Positions 29,682 through 32,000 of a DNA stretch of 32,000 bases are shown one piece after another (the first letter of the stretch is position 1; every line of letters starts with the position of its first letter). The notes under the pieces are model-generated. The model did not search any database, had not been told where the DNA came from, and saw only the letters and a list, made by a program, of their open reading frames with translations. Origin of the DNA: Ruminococcus albus 7 = DSM 20455 (GTDB taxonomy: Bacteria; Bacillota; Clostridia; Oscillospirales; Ruminococcaceae); assembly GCF_000179635.2 (NCBI RefSeq), contig NC_014833.1, positions 3,060,001-3,092,000 of the forward strand. Reading direction: 5' to 3'. The position numbers and the translations under genes are program-made.

Positions 29682-31472
29682 TCAGGCAGCATTCGGATCT
29701 TCTTCTGCTTTGGAGTTTTCTTCCTTTTTAGAACTTTCTGCCTTTTTATCCTCAGCCTTTGAACTCTCGTCATGCTTCTCTTCGGCCTTTACAGTTTCCG
29801 AGTCATTATCCTTCTTTCTCTCCGTAACGATTATCTCATCCTTGTCATCAACGATAGGTCTTCCCCTGGAGGGATCAATAGAAAGATCCACATAGTTTAT
29901 GGGGTTGAGTATATATCCCTGATACCTTATCTCAAGGTGCAGGTGTTCGCCCGTAGAGTAACCCGTCGAACCCATAAGTCCGATGAGATCGCCCTGCCTT
30001 ACCACATCTCCCGGCTCTACAAGTACCTTTGTCAGGTGACCGTAAAGCGTCAGGAAATCATTTCCGTGGTCTATTATTACGAAGTTTCCGTAACCGCCGC
30101 CGCAGCCGCAGGACTCGTACTTGCCGTAGTCATGTGTGCAGGTGGTGTTAGTCATTATAACAGTACCGGTTTCGCAGGAATGTATCTCGTAGCCGTGATT
30201 GCCGTTGATGTCTATACCCGTGTGATAGGTACCCCAACGCGCTCCGACACCGGAATTTATGGTATGATCCTGAGGAACAGGCCATGCGAAAGTATACGTC
30301 GGTTCACTTTCGGGTATCTCCTCACCGTTCTTCAAGCGCTCCTTGATGCTGTCATGGAGCTCTTTCAGCCTCTCGTTTGCAAGTTCCTCTGTTGCCGCAA
30401 CCTCCTCATCGAAGGGCACCGCGCCTATGGTAGGTTTAAGTATAGTGCCAAGGCTCTCAGCCGTCTTTATCTTTTCAAGATTGAACTGTGCTTCCTGCTC
30501 CTTCAGCTTCTTCTGCTTTTCTCTCAGCAGATCCTTCGCCTGGGTGGAGGAATTGTATATCTCATCAAGCTTGGCTTTCTTCGCATCAAACAGTGCGTAC
30601 TGCTTATCCAGCTCAGCCTGCTGATCATCCAGCGCTGCCTGCTTTACGCTGCAGGTCTCCTGCAAAGCGTACAGCTTGTCTATAATGTTGTCATCATGTT
30701 TAGCTACCCTTTTGATAAGCTCCATTCGCATGAGTATATCATAGAAGCTGTCAGATTCCAGCAGTACCGTGGTATAAGAATCCGCGCCCGAAAGATAAAG
30801 CGCTCTCATCCTCATTTTCAGACGTTCCACACCGTCCTCGATATTGCTGTTTATACGTTCAAGCTCGCGCCTGTTGCTGTTAACACGAAGTTCCAGCGCA
30901 GACATTGATCTGTTGAGTATATACAGTTCGTTGTCCAGCTCCTCGGTGCGTTTTCTGATGCTCTTGAGCATCTTTTCCTCTTCACGCAGAGCCGTGTCCG
31001 CATCGGATATCTCCACCTTCAGCGCCGACTTCTTGCCGATCATATACCTCAGATCCTCGGATATCCTGGTAATATCGCTTTTTCCGGCAGGTACATCTGT
31101 TACCGTCGTTGTGTCAGCCGCCGATGTATTATCTGTCGTGCCTGCATTCGGATCCGTCCAGGTCTGATTCGGGTCAGTCCACGTCTGATTCGGGTCAGTC
31201 CACCCGTAATCGCCGCTGTAGCCATAGTCACCGCTGTAGCCGTAGTCGCCGCTATAACCGTAGTCACCGCTGTATCCGTAATCGCCGCTATAGCCATAAT
31301 CACCGCTGTAATCATAGTTGGTATATCCGCCGTAGTCATATCCGTAATCATAACCGTAGTCATAATCCGCCCTGACCCTTTCAGCATCTATACCGCTGCT
31401 TACCGCAGTAAACGTAATGCATACCGCCGCTGTCAGCGACAGTATCCTGATAAAGCCCTTTCGCTTGTTCAT
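29682..31472 (-). CDS. M23 (LytM-type) peptidoglycan metalloendopeptidase with a Tyr/Gly/Asp repeat region, a long coiled coil and a Lys/Glu-rich tail
   Basis: RBS AAAGGAG. The N-terminal anchor or signal is FIRILSLTAAVCITFTAV. The M23 zinc motifs are YHTGIDI (HxxxD) and GEHLHLEI (HxH). A ~250-aa heptad-rich segment (EELDNELYILNRSMSALELRVNSNRRELERINS...) resembles EnvC-like activators. Confidence 0.9.
   Translation of the reverse strand: MNKRKGFIRILSLTAAVCITFTAVSSGIDAERVRADYDYGYDYGYDYGGYTNYDYSGDYGYSGDYGYSGDYGYSGDYGYSGDYGYSGDYGWTDPNQTWTDPNQTWTDPNAGTTDNTSAADTTTVTDVPAGKSDITRISEDLRYMIGKKSALKVEISDADTALREEEKMLKSIRKRTEELDNELYILNRSMSALELRVNSNRRELERINSNIEDGVERLKMRMRALYLSGADSYTTVLLESDSFYDILMRMELIKRVAKHDDNIIDKLYALQETCSVKQAALDDQQAELDKQYALFDAKKAKLDEIYNSSTQAKDLLREKQKKLKEQEAQFNLEKIKTAESLGTILKPTIGAVPFDEEVAATEELANERLKELHDSIKERLKNGEEIPESEPTYTFAWPVPQDHTINSGVGARWGTYHTGIDINGNHGYEIHSCETGTVIMTNTTCTHDYGKYESCGCGGGYGNFVIIDHGNDFLTLYGHLTKVLVEPGDVVRQGDLIGLMGSTGYSTGEHLHLEIRYQGYILNPINYVDLSIDPSRGRPIVDDKDEIIVTERKKDNDSETVKAEEKHDESSKAEDKKAESSKKEENSKAEEDPNAA
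31140..31367 (-). repeat. In-frame tandem DNA repeats (21-bp x3, 18-bp x6, 12-bp x~4) inside the M23 gene
   Basis: 31140-31202 encodes WTDPNQT x3. 31203-31313 encodes (YSGDYG)n with mostly synonymous differences between units. 31314-31367 encodes a YGYD-type repeat. Confidence 0.85.
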
Positions 31473-31599
31473 TTTACACTCCTTTTAGGCAAAAGAAGGT
31501 TTCTCACCACATAAAAATATCATATAAACAACAAAAACTCACACCCATCCCGACAGCAGTGTTACTGCCGTCGGGACAAGTGAAAGAAAGCAATAAATA

Positions 31600-32000
31600 T
31601 TATACGTAGTTAGAGGGATCCACCTGACCCATATAACCGCCCATATCCACCTGTACCTCAAAATGAGTGTGAGGACCTGTGGAATGACCTGTTGAACCTA
31701 CATAGCCAAGTACCTGTTCCTTTTCTACGCGCTGTCCCACAGATACGATGATGTTGTTTGCGTGGCCGTAAAGAGTCCACTTGCCGTCATCATGCTCGAT
31801 TATGCAGTATCTGCCGTATCCGCCGCCGCAGCCGCAGGAATAGTTCTTGCCGTAATCGTGAGGACAATAGTTCTCTGCCCTGATAACGACACCTGCCTCA
31901 GCAGCGCATATCTCTGCATTGTATATCTGACCATCGTAGATATCTATACCCTTGTGGTTACCATAAAGTGAACCGGAATTACGCCATCCGAAACCGAATG
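31600..32000 (-). CDS. Second M23 peptidase, C-terminal catalytic part; the gene continues beyond the window end
   Basis: Minus-strand stop TAA at 31600-31602. Translation is ..GNHKGIDIYDGQIYNAEICAAEAGVVIRAENYCPHDYGKNYSCGCGGGYGRYCIIEHDDGKWTLYGHANNIIVSVGQRVEKEQVLGYVGSTGHSTGPHTHFEVQVDMGGYMGQVDPSNYV, with HxxxD and HxH motifs present. Confidence 0.8.
   Translation of the reverse strand, partial: FGFGWRNSGSLYGNHKGIDIYDGQIYNAEICAAEAGVVIRAENYCPHDYGKNYSCGCGGGYGRYCIIEHDDGKWTLYGHANNIIVSVGQRVEKEQVLGYVGSTGHSTGPHTHFEVQVDMGGYMGQVDPSNYV

Overview
This 32-kb window reads like the chromosome of a cellulolytic Ruminococcus-type Firmicute. The taxon is inference only, based on type I dockerins, Thr/Asn linkers and GH11/GH53/GH74 enzymes. 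The window splits into two parts. (A) 1-14.7 kb is a mosaic accessory region that is visibly more A+T-rich. It starts with a phage-satellite-like or decayed prophage module: XRE repressor, divergent early operon with Xis-type HTH, wHTH, replisome organizer, and a single head-closure gene. That module ends at a displaced tRNA 3' fragment plus terminator (att-like, 4692-4754). Near the att end it carries a cargo of an RHH regulator, an unknown 131-aa protein and a divergent 97-aa ORF under palindromic operators. Next comes an island bracketed by tyrosine-integrase remnants (5488-6036 and 12480-12707). The island encodes a 1101-aa helical-repeat/DUF4132 protein, a stand-alone 99-aa deaminase-fold toxin candidate coupled to a Syd/SUKH-type immunity gene, and a run of immunity-type genes (YezG/DUF600-like, 2-TM protein, LRR protein). 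After that is mobile-element debris around an intact isochorismatase-family gene: an AAA ATPase pseudogene with a stop codon right after Walker A, and a toxin-tip-like fragment. (B) 14.7-32 kb is a plant-cell-wall and cell-surface locus. It holds a GH11-CBM-Fn3-CE1 xylanase/esterase, a GH53-dockerin galactanase, an acyl-AMP (ANL) ligase translationally coupled to a secreted SGNH-dockerin protein, an intact IS1595-family IS, a GH74 xyloglucanase, a BspA-type LRR surface protein and two tandem M23 peptidases. An ~85-aa Fn3-like module recurs four times in three unrelated secreted proteins. No rRNA, intact tRNA or CRISPR array was seen. All family calls are motif recognition by eye; no database search or folding was run.
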